Positions 13,682 to 24,648 of a DNA stretch of 64,000 nt are shown here, piece after piece. This DNA comes from Octopus sinensis. Taxonomy: Eukaryota. The notes under the pieces are model-generated. The model ran no database searches and was not told the DNA's origin. It was given only the letters and a program-made list of their open reading frames with translations. Position 1 is the stretch's first letter. The number at the start of each line of letters is the position of its first letter. The stretch covers positions 248,001 through 312,000 of the forward strand of contig NW_021831847.1 in the NCBI RefSeq assembly GCF_006345805.1. The letters are read 5' to 3'. The position numbers and the translations under genes are program-made.

Positions 13682-14393
13682 AATATAATTTCCTAAGGTC
13701 TATACTCAATAATGAGGAGGTCGATCTTTCCAAACATAAGAAGTATCGACTCAAAAAGAAAGCAGAAAATTTCCTAATTAAAGAGGGGAAACTATATCTT
13801 AAAGATGTAAACGGCCTACACAAGCTCGTAATTGCTTCCACGAGCTTAGAAGAGATGAAATTAATTGCACGTGAGATTCATGAAGCTAATCATTGCGGAC
13901 ATAATGCTTTGGAAGCCTTATGTAGGCGAAGATTTTTTATATTGAGAAGAGAGATCATTCGCCAAGTTGTTAAAGAATGCAATATCTGCAAATTTAGAGT
14001 TCCACTAAAACAATATGATGATTCAACTCATATTGTTGCTGATTTACCTAATGAAAGATTTCAAGTAGATTTAATTGATCTTAAACGGTATAAAAAATTA
14101 ACTTATTTGTAGATTTAGCCCCTTTGAGAGATATCGTAGAATTCCTGGATTCAATACTGTTTCAGGAAATACTGATGTAGAGGCAGCTGAACTTCAATAC
14201 ACTCCCGAAACTAACAGTAAATGTTTTAAATTCAACTAAAGATGAATTCGAATTCAACTTCCCAAAAGTTAACTTGGATTCTCCATATTATGTCACATGC
14301 CTCAGGGATTACTATGCCCCACTCGTTACCTCCGAATTATTTCTGAGAAATAATTGATTAATGATTTTTCAATTTTTTAGAAAATCACAACGA

Positions 14394-14519
14394 AGGAATA
14401 GGAATAGGAAGTTTTATTGGAAACAGAGAAGGGTTAAAGGTTAGGGGGGAGTTTGTATAATGAAACAATAGGACTACCCTATCGACTTCTTCCCAGAAAA
14501 AAAAAAGAAACCCTCAAGT

Positions 14520-14557
<38 letters not shown>

Positions 14558-14989
14558 CTTTTCTACCTCTGCAGGTACGTCCCAGTGACAATTGAGTTGG
14601 ATTTATAACCACTTATAGCTTTTTCGACAGTTTCACCGACCATGGAGGATTTACTTTCAAGCCACAGGGGGATTGGATCTTCAACTTTTTGGTGGTAAGC
14701 AAGCTTCAAAGCGAGCCTGCGAGACTTTTCAAATTAGTTAAGATGGTGTCCTTCTTTTTAGAGAAGTACCATCCCTCTTTTCCGTATAGTAGTCCCGGTA
14801 GGATCACCGTATTGAAAACGTAGAGGAAAGTATCAGGCTCCAAATTTAACTTCCTCAGGCAGAACAGAGCATTAGTTGCTTTCCTTTTACTTAATTTTGC
14901 GTTTTCGAGATAGTTTCCCTTTCTCATCGATGAACAAGCCAAGATATTTAATTGAGTTTTGTCGAGGTATGTTCTTGATCAGGCACGGT
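14394..14989 (-). mobile_element. Recombinant LINE copy (left flank from copy B, right flank from copy A)
   Basis: Left flank AAAATCACAACGA (14381-14393) is the copy B TSD; right flank AATATAATTTCCTA (14990-15003) is the copy A TSD. Confidence 0.85.
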
Positions 14990-15701
14990 AATATAATTTC
15001 CTAAGGTCTATACTCAATAATGAGGAGGTCGATCTTTCCAAACATAAGAAGTATCGACTCAAAAAGAAAGCAGAAAATTTCCTAATTAAAGAGGGGAAAC
15101 TATATCTTAAAGATGTAAACGGCCTACACAAGCTCGTAATTGCTTCCACGAGCTTAGAAGAGATGAAATTAATTGCACGTGAGATTCATGAAGCTAATCA
15201 TTGCGGACATAATGCTTTGGAAGCCTTATGTAGGCGAAGATTTTTTATATTGAGAAGAGAGATCATTCGCCAAGTTGTTAAAGAATGCAATATCTGCAAA
15301 TTTAGAGTTCCACTAAAACAATATGATGATTCAACTCATATTGTTGCTGATTTACCTAATGAAAGATTTCAAGTAGATTTAATTGATCTTAAACGGTATA
15401 AAATTAACTTATTTTGTAGATTTAGCCCCTTTGAGAGATATCGTAGAATTCCTGGATTCAATACTGTTTCAGGAAATACTGATGTAGAGGCAGCTGAACT
15501 TCAATACACTCCCGAAACTAACAGTAAATGTTTTAAATTCAACTAAAGATGAATTCGAATTCAACTTCCCAAAAGTTAACTTGGATTCTCCATATTATGT
15601 CACATGCCTCAGGGATTACTATGCCCCACTCGTTACCTCCGAATTATTTCTGAGAAATAATTGATTAATGATTTTTCAATTTTTTTAGAAAATCACAACG
15701 A

Positions 15702-16242
15702 AGGAATAGGAATAGGAAGTTTTATTGGAAACAGAGAAGGGTTAAAGGTTAGGGGGGAGTTGTATAATGAAACAATAGGACTACCCTATCGACTTCTTCC
15801 CAGAAAAAAAAAAAGAGACCCCCTCAAGTAATTTTTTTTTTTTTTTTTTTTTTTTTTGTTTTCTACCTCTGCAGGTACGTCCCAGTGACATTGAGTTGGA
15901 TTTATAACCACTTATAGCTTTTTCGACAGTTTCACCGACCATGGAGGATTTACTTTCAAGCCACAGGGGGATTGGATCTTCAACTTTTTGGTGGTAAGCA
16001 AGCTTCAAAGCGAGCCTGCGAGACTTTTCAAATTAGTTAAGATGGTGTCCTTCTTTTTAGAGAAGTACCATCCCTCTTTTCCGTATAGTAGTCCCGGTAG
16101 GATCACCGTATTGAAAACGTAGAGGAAAGTATCAGGCTCCAAATTTAACTTCCTCAGGCAGAACAGAGCATTAGTTGCTTTCCTTTTACTTAATTTTGCG
16201 TTTTCGAGAGAACGGGCTGGATGGCACAATGCAAAATACTCC
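15702..16242 (-). mobile_element. LINE 3' fragment, copy B (independent insertion inside MITE-B)
   Basis: Same family as copy A with a shorter 5' end plus about 33 nt of unrelated sequence; 13-bp TSD AAAATCACAACGA (15689-15701, 16243-16255). Confidence 0.85.
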
Positions 16243-16651
16243 AAAATCACAACGACATAAAATTCAACCTATATATTAGGTTAATTAGAGTACAATTTAA
16301 TGATATACTAAAAGATGCTTTAAAACAAATAAATTAAAATAATATTTTTATACAACAAACCATTTTGACTGATAAGCACATTAAAACATATTTTAAAAAT
16401 GTGAATTGTGTGAAACGCTTTAAAGGCACATAATTTGATAGTTTTATAATTAACTCTAACCAGTTTTTAGATAAAGGTATAAATCATCTGTAGATCTCTT
16501 ATAAAAAACTCAAACTTTATCCAGTTTTTTAGTTTAAAATCATATATAGATCTGAAGTTTAAAACGAAAAATTAAATTTGTCCTTTTTTGATTCTTTTCA
16601 TGTGAACAATCTTTGTATCTCCATTCGAAAATTCTACTTTAAATTTTTTCA

Positions 16652-16820
16652 AACCCTAAACCCAACCAATTCCCTAACCTTCACCCTAACCCTAACCTTC
16701 ACCCAAACCCTAACCTTCACCCAAACCCTAACCTTCACCCTAACCCTAACCTTCACCCTAACCCTAACCTTCACCCTAACCTATACCCTAACCCTAACCT
16801 ATACCCTAACCATAACCATG
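16652..16820. repeat. Interstitial telomere-like array (CCCTAA/TTAGGG with variants; 18-bp higher-order unit)
   Basis: Hexamers ACCCTA, ACCTTC, ACCCAA, ACCTAT in 6-nt register; recurring (ACCCTA)2-ACCTTC unit. Confidence 0.9.
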
Positions 16821-17305
16821 AGATAAAACAGCATGCTTAATTTATTGTTTTTTAATGATAATGGTTAAGCATTGAAAAAATAAAAATCCATAATATTATT
16901 AATTTTTAAATTAATAAGTAAATATATTTCAATCATTTAAATATTTTAAATTGAAATTTTAAAAATTTAGAGCAATGGTAACGAGCGGGGCATGGTAACG
17001 AACAGGGCATGTGACATATTATATGAGAATGAACAAAAAGATGGGAGTGCATGTGCCTAAATATGAATTAAACATTGGAAACATTGTATTTATTTTATAA
17101 TTACTTAAAAGGTTCGCATTCAAAAAGATTATGGGACGAATCCTTCTTTGAGATTAACCAGGTTTGAACATCCATACGGGGATCCATTCACTATTGTTGC
17201 AAAATTGTCTAACAATTTTGTCAATGTGGAAAATAGTGATGGATCAGTAATGAAAGTACATGCCAAACGACTCAAGAAGTTAGATAACAGTCAGAAATAA
17301 TAATT

Positions 17306-17547
17306 AAGTTAATTTATACAAACAAGACAAAAATTACAGATAGCTAAGTTAGTTAAAGGCCTCACGAGACACCCGACCAGCCGCGCGAATGGCGAAGACG
17401 TTCCCTCGGATCACAGCAATCGACAGACGTTCCAGGAGCCAAGAAAACTCCCTTGGATCGTGACTAGTCCTTGAAATCCGTCGACCGAGCGAGCGAAGGA
17501 AGCGGAGTGTCTTGGGACCGAAGATCCCGGAGGACTCCAAGGCAATT
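17306..17547 (-). mobile_element. CRE 3' fragment (242 bp) inserted at the Ginger-A stop codon
   Basis: IALESSGIFGPKTLRFL...LLERLSIAVIRGN; 12-bp TSD GAAATAATAATT (17294-17305, 17548-17559). Confidence 0.85.
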
Positions 17548-17859
17548 GAAATAATAATTGTCCTTGATCTATCAATAAAATAAGTTATTTTGACATTGAT
17601 TGACATTGAGTAAATTTGATTGGTCGCGTCTAGCGCTCGGTCGCTCGCTCGGCTCGCGACATAATTTGACTCCCAATTTTAAAAAAACCTGTCACATCCC
17701 GTACTGGTTAAGTAACACGAATACTCTTTCTAATTAGGACAAAATTAAATCTGAGCTATTAACGACCACCTGTCTAAAAAGACACAGTTGTTGGTTAATA
17801 AAGATGCTTATCATCATTCCCTCAGTGAAAAAATCTTTATTACAACAAAAAAGGTCAGC

Positions 17860-18170
17860 TGGTTGTACGATGCGTGACATTCGGCGGACAAAATTTGACG
17901 ATGGCATCTATTAGCTCATCGAAGGAGTTGTCTAAATGACTCACTTGAACTATATGTTTGACACCCACTTTTATAGCACACCCATGTTGTATTCTCCTGC
18001 TGTTGGAGAAGGGTCATAAAATGTCTGTTTTGACATTTTTTTTTCTTTAGGAAAGATTCCAACCTCTTGAAGGAAGGCAACTGACTCCATTTCAGTACGG
18101 GGAAGTTCATAGTCCTTCAGTTTTGCAAATTTTCGCATGACAACTGTATCATTCATCTCCACAAGTCGGT
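17860..18170 (-). mobile_element. Internally deleted Merlin/IS1016-like transposase remnant
   Basis: N-terminal ESVAFLQEVGIFPKEKKCQNRH...WVCYKSGC (zinc ribbon) is joined directly to C-terminal-like DNSFDELIDAIVKF. No termini identified. Confidence 0.6.
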
Positions 18171-18199
18171 AAAAATTTTAATTTTTTTTAAAAAATTAG

Positions 18200-18530
18200 C
18201 CATAGATGGCGATTTTCCACTATTCAAAGGTCAAAACTGCTCAAATATTCCCGGAATCGATATCGTCAAAAACTGATGGATGTCCTTTCAGAATTCCTTC
18301 TACCCGGATGATAAAGGAACTCTTATCAGAAACCTATCTATCGGTCAGGGTACGAGACAAGTGCTCTAAGACATTTGAAACAACATCGGGGGCATCTTAA
18401 GGCGATTCTTTATCTCCGATGCTGTTTGTCGTATATCCGGAAGCTGCATTGAGAGATCTAAAACCATACTATTAAGGAAAAATCAATGTGATGGTATACG
18501 CAGATGACGGGCTAATGCCGAAGTGGTAAT
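18200..18530 (+). mobile_element. Degenerate RTE-like reverse transcriptase fragment
   Basis: LLSETYLSVRV...GDSLSPMLFVVY...YADD; same family as 38.1-39.4 kb. Confidence 0.65.
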
Positions 18531-18539
18531 AAAGTCGAT

Positions 18540-19025
18540 ACCAAAGGATTACACCCCTTTTAATGCAGAAAGAGTGCTGGCCGTCCACCCAGACACTCCG
18601 CCATCAACGAGATCATTTTGGCTGCGTTACAAGCCGATGAATTCCTTACCGAACTGGAAACTGTTGGCCGTGGAAACGGGAAACGCCCCGGTAGAGTCAC
18701 CATTTTCCGTGAATTAACGGGAAATATCTCACGTAGGACTCTACGTGCACGGACACCTTCTCGAAAACGAATATGGTCGACTTGCGCTCAGTCCAGGCTC
18801 AGCCGCCATAAAGACTAAAGAACTTAAAATCTCAAAATACTTTAACTTGACTGACAACGTGATCTTTTCCCCGATTTCCTTTAAAACGTCCTGAGCAATG
18901 ACCAACAATCTCTGGATCTCGTTGTGAAAATCGGACAACTGATCGCCAGAAGACGACGAGAGAAGCAATGGCTGTTTCAAGGAATCTCAATTGCAATCCT
19001 GAGAGTAACGTCTTCTCGATCATTA
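18540..19025 (+). mobile_element. Degenerate CRE REL-endonuclease fragment
   Basis: RHSAINEIILAAL...GNGKRPG, DSTCTDTFS, WLFQGISIAILR across frames. Confidence 0.7.
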
Positions 19026-19039
19026 GAAGTTTTAAAACG

Positions 19040-19474
19040 AAACCACCTTAGTTTAACCGTTTTTGAAAATTTGGTTTTCTTTAAATAATAACGGCATTAT
19101 CTGATAGTTTAGCTGGAGAGGAAATTATTTATATGGATAATGCTCTAATCCATAAAAAAGGAAATTTTGAAAGCGTACGAGTAGAACATACTATACAAAG
19201 ATTTGATTCACCATATTCTCCTCAACTTAATCCATGTGAAGGCTATTTTTCGATTCTTAAGGCTGGGATAAAGACATATTTATCTAATCATAACAATCCC
19301 CATAACGATGTCAATGCAGCAGGAAATGGAACCCTGACCGAATTTCGAGCACTATTATTACAAAATGCGTTAGAATATTCTCTGAAAAATCTAACTTGGG
19401 AGAAAATACGGAGTTTCTACAGAAATGCAGAAAAAATCATTGCAAATTGTACGATTGGGATTCAATTAACCTGA
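19040..19474 (+). mobile_element. IS630/Tc1-like transposase C-terminal fragment
   Basis: MDNALIH...SPYSPQLNPCE. Confidence 0.75.
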
Positions 19475-19612
19475 TTAATAAAATTATCTTTATTAACTCT
19501 CATCTTGATTTAGCCGATTAGAAAAAGTCCTTATGAGTGTCTGTTATAAAAATATTTGTCAAATATACGCACTAAAATAATTTTTACACATGAAATGAGA
19601 CAAAGTTTCTAA

Positions 19613-19735
19613 TTAATCCAACATCAGACAAAAATGGCTCGCAGGATTAAGAGACAATTTTCCGCGTAAAAAAGCCAGCGAGATCCTCTGAATAAGGAAT
19701 GTAAATTCTTTGGGATCTCTGGAACGAAGTGTAAA
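19613..19735 (-). mobile_element. CRE 3' fragment
   Basis: DPKEFTFLIQRISLAFLRG; similar at DNA level to 47650-47790. Confidence 0.65.
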
Positions 19736-19799
19736 CAAACTGCCAATTTTGTCAAAATTGATTATCGCATTGTTAAAATTTGTCTCTCTACTATGATAT

Positions 19800-21885
19800 G
19801 GTGAAGATATCATACGAAGAAAAACCCTGGGAAACGCGGCATTACATAGGCTGAAAAATATATGGCTAAAACGGAAAGAGAATATGTGACATGGTTTGCG
19901 TGATACCTATGGGCCGCGCGATACCTGACGTGACCTTGCAGCTTAACTTAATGTCAATATTGTAATTAATATTAAACTTCAAAGAATAATAACTTGTTAA
20001 TTATTTTTTAAGTCTGGACATTGGCACAATCGAAATTTCGCTCATCGAATTTTTTATCTATTAAATTTGAATGTTTAAACTACCTCAACGCGATTGTTTG
20101 ATAAAATACTGATAATTTCTGCAGATGGATAATATGGAGATTCAAACTTATTCAGTCGCAATCTTTTCGGACTTGTAAACGAATAATTACAATCATCTAC
20201 ATATAGAAATTCAAATTACATGAATTTTCAATTGGACTCGGACAATTGTTTGCATCATCGACTTGATCAGGACTCAATAAATCATTACTTGAATTATCTA
20301 AGGAATAATTTTATAATTACAACCATAAAATATTGTATTTATTCCACTTATTCCCCGGTATCTTTCAAAAGGGCTCTCATTAGAAGATGAGTGGACAGAA
20401 ATGTTATAACTGTACACTGCATTTTCTAATTTTTCCAGCCACTTTTTTATATCATTGTCGATCATTTTTGCCATTTTTCTTGTAATTGACTGGTTGAAGC
20501 GTTCGACAATCCCTTGTGAGCGGGGATTGTTTGGCCTTCCGTGAATTCGTTTGATATTGAATTCCTCACATAGATTGGTCATTTCACGATTCTTGAATTC
20601 AGTCCCATTATCGGACTGAAGAAATTGACACGGACCATTTAAGAAAAATAAGGTTTTCACAAACTTCATTTGAGGACTTAGTGTAGAGCGGCCTCGCAAA
20701 TGCAAATCTATAAAAATTGTTAAAAAAACTAACCTGCTATATACGTCAATGACCGTTAAAATCCATTTAAAATTTTTATTTATAGTAGAAAAACTTTTCA
20801 GATCTATAAGATATATCTGAAATCTTTCATTTGGGCAAGATGCAAAGACATGGTTATTTATATCTCCAATCTAGGATTTAAAAAGTTAAAACTTTTAAGG
20901 GTCGCGCAAATTTACAAATTTCACAGTTTCGAATGACTTTTCGAATAATCTCATTTTTAACTGTGAAATATCGTTGTCGACATTCATATTCAATTTTGTT
21001 AACTCCTCCATGCAAGAAGTCATGCAAACTTTTAGCAACGATCTCCATTTCGGGTTCATTGTCTAGACAAATCACTAGCTTGTGATCTGAATTCGCACAT
21101 TTAAGATACAATCTATACATTTACAATTTGTATGATACCTTTCATTAATTACAGTAAAATTTTCAATTTTCTTAACTAGTCTATATTTTTTTTGCTTTGT
21201 AAGATGTTCAGGAAATTTATCCTGTAAAACATCTTTTAAAATTGATATTCCAAACTATTCTTTACATAACCTTTGTACGAGGACATTGCTGCAAAACATA
21301 CTTGCACGCTAGAAATAACTCAAGAAATTTAGGTTTCCCACCAAAAAAATTAATTTCTGATAATTAAATTCTTACAAATATAATTTTTTGTCAAAATGAG
21401 AGAGTCTTTAGCTAATTTAGTAAATTATTAAATGATAAGAATGAGTCGCGGTCTAATTAAAAGATTTATAATTTAATCCCATCAATGTCATAATTGCACA
21501 TTTCAAGGTCACGTCAGGTATCGCGCGGCCCATAGGTATCGCGCAAACCATGTCACAGAATATAATGAAACAAAGGATAATACTATAGGATACATTTGTC
21601 AAACCAATCCTCCTATAAAACATTGGGATCTGGGGGAAAACAAGAGAGAAATTGGAGAGGCTCAACTCGTTTCACAGGAATCACCTAAGAAACATAACTG
21701 GAATGTCCTGGCCATCCAGGATCTTCGGAGTGGACTGTACGCCAATAAGTCGCGAGATCATTAGCTCTCGTTAAAGACTCTTTAGATACGTATTGAGGTT
21801 AGACCCGACCTTCCCTCCGAATATCGCAATGGAGGATTACTTCTCTATTGTAAAACGCTTTCGTGGAAGACCAAGAACTGCGGGA
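19800..21885 (+). mobile_element. Degenerate RTE-like LINE 3' portion interrupted by Ginger-C
   Basis: RKTLGNAALHRLKNIWLKRKE(N) before the TIR continues after it as IMKQR..FVKPILL...LNSFHRNHLR...WP...FRGRPRT. Confidence 0.7.
19885..21557 (-). mobile_element. Ginger-type DNA transposon 'Ginger-C' with intron-containing integrase-like DDE transposase
   Basis: 54-bp TIRs TGTGACATGGTTTGCG(T/C)GATACC...GTGACCTTG (1 mismatch); 5-bp TSD GAATA (19880-19884, 21558-21562). HGG...CEIC, VIDVYSR, QSDNGTEF, HGRPNNPRSQGIVERFN. Five 22-26 nt introns; a few 1-nt frameshifts. Confidence 0.92.
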
Positions 21886-22227
21886 ATCAAAAATTGATAA
21901 CTTCACACTTATTGGTGTTTAGGGTTAGGCATAAAGATTTCAATTTGGCTATCAGACTTTTCAAACAATCTAGTACATTCTTCGAATAGCCGCCCAGGGT
22001 GCAATCATCCAAATACCATACCCTCAGGGGAGTGGAACAATATCTTGTGACATGGGCAATTCCCAGTTGAAAATTTCAAATTTAAAAGTAAAAACTTTTA
22101 ATTTCAATTGAAAATTTCAAATTTATAATTTTGAAATTCAAATTTGCAGTTTATCAAAGTATTATGTCGCGCCCATAGCTGGCGACCAGAGCGACCTTCA
22201 TTGTTGACAGAGTGACAATGACCTACA

Positions 22228-24648
22228 ACAGAACCACAGCGGCAAGTGTGTGGAAAGCAGATGTCCAGGCCAAGTCTAAGAGAAATGCCAATCTGCACAC
22301 TTTTTGGGTCCAGCAGGGTTCCCGTATTTCCGGAAGGGTATGCGTTGAGCCAAGCGCCACTCCATTCGGAGGATGCGGCCAAAAGACAAGCGCGCCGGTG
22401 TTGATCACAGGAGGATAATAGCGAATTGTATAACTGAAGAAACATTGTTTCCGTCCACGCCTTTGTATAGCAGGGATAGCAAGGAATGTCGAAGCCACGG
22501 GAAGACCAAACTTCGATACCATGAGAAAGCTCTTGGTCCAGAACGGATTCGGAATGGGGAGAAAGAATCCTAAGGACAAGCGGACTAGACGTTGAACTCG
22601 GACTGGCATGCTTTAACGGCACTGTCAATAGCAAGAGAGAACAGGAGAGGGCCAAGAGGGTCCCCCTGTTGGACTCCGTTTTCAGAAGAGATGGCTGAAG
22701 AACCACAAATCAAAGAACTGGGGGAACCGTAGGACAGATCAACATAACGGTAAATTGATGGACACCGAGACAAGCAAGCATCTAATAAGGCAGGCATTCT
22801 CAACCTTTTTTTGTTCATCGCCCCCTTAGATATTTTGTCGCCCCCCTTTGAAATTTTATCGCCCCCTTGTCCACCTACAATTTAAAAATTTTTTGGCATT
22901 GTCCCTTAATTGGTTGTTTTTTGTACATAACTCAAAAATCAAAATATAAAATTATAAATCAAATGTAAAAAATTGAATTTTTATTAAAAATTATTAGTGA
23001 GACCCTTGATATTGATGTTTACTCGCTAAATATTCTATGTCGGGTTTAATTCTGCTCAACTTTAGGCGTATATCGCCTCTATAACACACTTCCAGTCTAT
23101 TTTTTTCACATTGTGTATTATGATTGACAAAACTAAATCCACTTTCAACCAAATAAGTGGTAGGGAATGTCAATAGTACATTACTCATTTCCTTCCATAA
23201 ATTTGGAAATTTCATTTGTAGATCTTTTGATTGCCAAAATTTAGAGATACCATCCTGTTGAAATCTGTGAATATATTCTTCATTATATTTAAATTCAATT
23301 ATCTCTTCTTGGATTGTTTCGTTCATATCTTCTGGCACACATGAAAACGGATCAATCATCCATGCTTCAAATTCCAAATCAAACAAATCTTTGAATCTAA
23401 GAGATATATCCGCTTCTAGTTCCGTCAAATGTTGACAATATGTCATAATATTGTTTTGACTAAAATATTTACTTATCTCAGATAGTTGTGAAATGTTTCC
23501 AAACTGATTTTAGAAAAATTATGTCGATAAAGCAATAATTTTTTTCAAATGTTTTCATTATTCTTTTGCAATCAATCATGTTGACAAAATTTCCTTGAAG
23601 AAGAATAGTAATTTCATTAAATTTTGAGTCTAAATTATTAGGCTTGCCATTAAAAATATTCTAATTAAACAATTTTTAATAAATAAATTTTATTTTTTAT
23701 TAAATATATTATCGCCCCCCTGTACAAAATTATCGCCCCCTTGTACAAAATTTTCGCCCCTAGGGGGGCGATTCGCCCCCGGTTGAGAACACCTGTAATA
23801 AGGAATCACGTCGGACGCTGTTGAAAGCGTTAGAAATATCCAGTTTGACAAGGACTCTGTTCGGTGTTGCTGTAGAGAGATACCGCCTGGCGGCGTGGAC
23901 AGCCGCCTCACAACCGGAAGGGACTCCGACTCCGACTTGAGTGGGGACGAAGTTTTTGCTCAGGTCGGGAGAAACAGACCAGCAGGCAATCTTGGACGCC
24001 AACCGACGAAAGACATTGCCAACCGCGATTGGGCGGACTCCACCATCCTTTTTCGAAAAGGGAAGAAGATTGGCCGAGGTCTCCATCCACTTTCCTGTCG
24101 CAAAAGCCCTGGCCGGATTCCCAGGCATTCTGAATTAAATTCCGTAGTAAAACATGCACTTGAAGCAGCCGGATTTCCCTGTCAGCTGGAGCCTCCTGGC
24201 CTTCTAAGGGAGGATGGTAAGAGACCTGACGGGGTCTCACTCTTTCCCTACAAGAACGGGAAAGCAATCGTCTGGGATGCGACATGCTCTGATACTTTTG
24301 CATCATCATGTCTTTCCTTGTCGGCGGTCGAGGTGGCTCAGCAGCCAAGAGGGCGGAGACGAAGAAGGCATCTAAGTACGCCTCCCTGATGGACCGTTTC
24401 ATCTTCGAACCGGTGTCAGTGGAAACTTCCGGTGTACTTGGCCCGTCTACTCTCCGTTTCCTCTCGAAGATCGGAAGGTCATTGGGAAGGGCGAGGAACG
24501 ACCCCCGTGAACTGATGTGGCTTTTTGAGCGCATCTCTCTCGCAGTTCTAAGGGGGAACTGTTCCTCGATCCTCCTCTCGGCTGCGGTTCCGCCTCTTAA
24601 TTAGTGATTTCTTACCTTATAAACTCCTATCAAAGGATTGTTAATTTT
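22228..24648. mobile_element. 5'-inverted CRE retrotransposon (RT half on -, REL half on +)
   Basis: 11-bp TSD AATGACCTACA (22217-22227, 24649-24659). Minus part runs from ANLLPFSKKDGGVRPIAVG to HTCRCGSV; plus part from about 24072 runs GRGLHPLSC...DGKRPDG...VETSG...LRGN. Confidence 0.88.
22791..23795 (-). mobile_element. Non-autonomous hAT (Buster/Charlie-type) element with transposase C-terminal remnant
   Basis: TIR CAGG(CA/TG)TTCTCAACC; 8-bp TSD TAATAAGG (22783-22790, 23796-23803); ORF motif LLTFPTTYLVESGFS; subterminal TCGCCCCC repeats. Confidence 0.92.

Larger units (their letters stand above)
13095..15701. repeat. Tandem duplication with about 1.3-kb period (LINE + transposase fragment + MITE left end)
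   Basis: 13095-14393 is nearly identical to 14394-15701; differences are mostly homopolymer indels. Confidence 0.95.
15598..17016. mobile_element. Non-autonomous TGT...ACA element 'MITE-B' carrying a telomere-like array; left end duplicated at 14291
   Basis: 40-bp imperfect TIRs TGTCACATGCC...CTCGTTACC (15598-15637 and 16977-17016); TSD TATTA (15593-15597, 17017-17021). Removing it restores the Ginger-A frame NLDSPYYMRMNKK. Confidence 0.85.
12775..17661 (+). mobile_element. Ginger-type (gypsy-integrase-like) DNA transposon 'Ginger-A', internally deleted and hosting nested inserts
   Basis: Inverted termini TGTCGCGAGCCGAGCG(C/A)GCGACCGAGC at 12775 and 17661; 5-bp TSD TAATT (12770-12774, 17662-17666). 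Transposase runs from ATG 13044 (MSGQRLFVKDQDEYNFL) through HHCC (HEANHCG...CNIC) and NERFQVDLIDL to C-terminal VHAKRLKK, stop 17298-17300. Confidence 0.9.

Noticed and set aside
16652-16820. True chromosome end or telomere fusion
   Set aside because: The array is short, degenerate, in one orientation and enclosed by matching TIRs and a TSD.
16578-16826. ORF with TLTLTF repeats
   Set aside because: It is simply the translation of the hexamer array.
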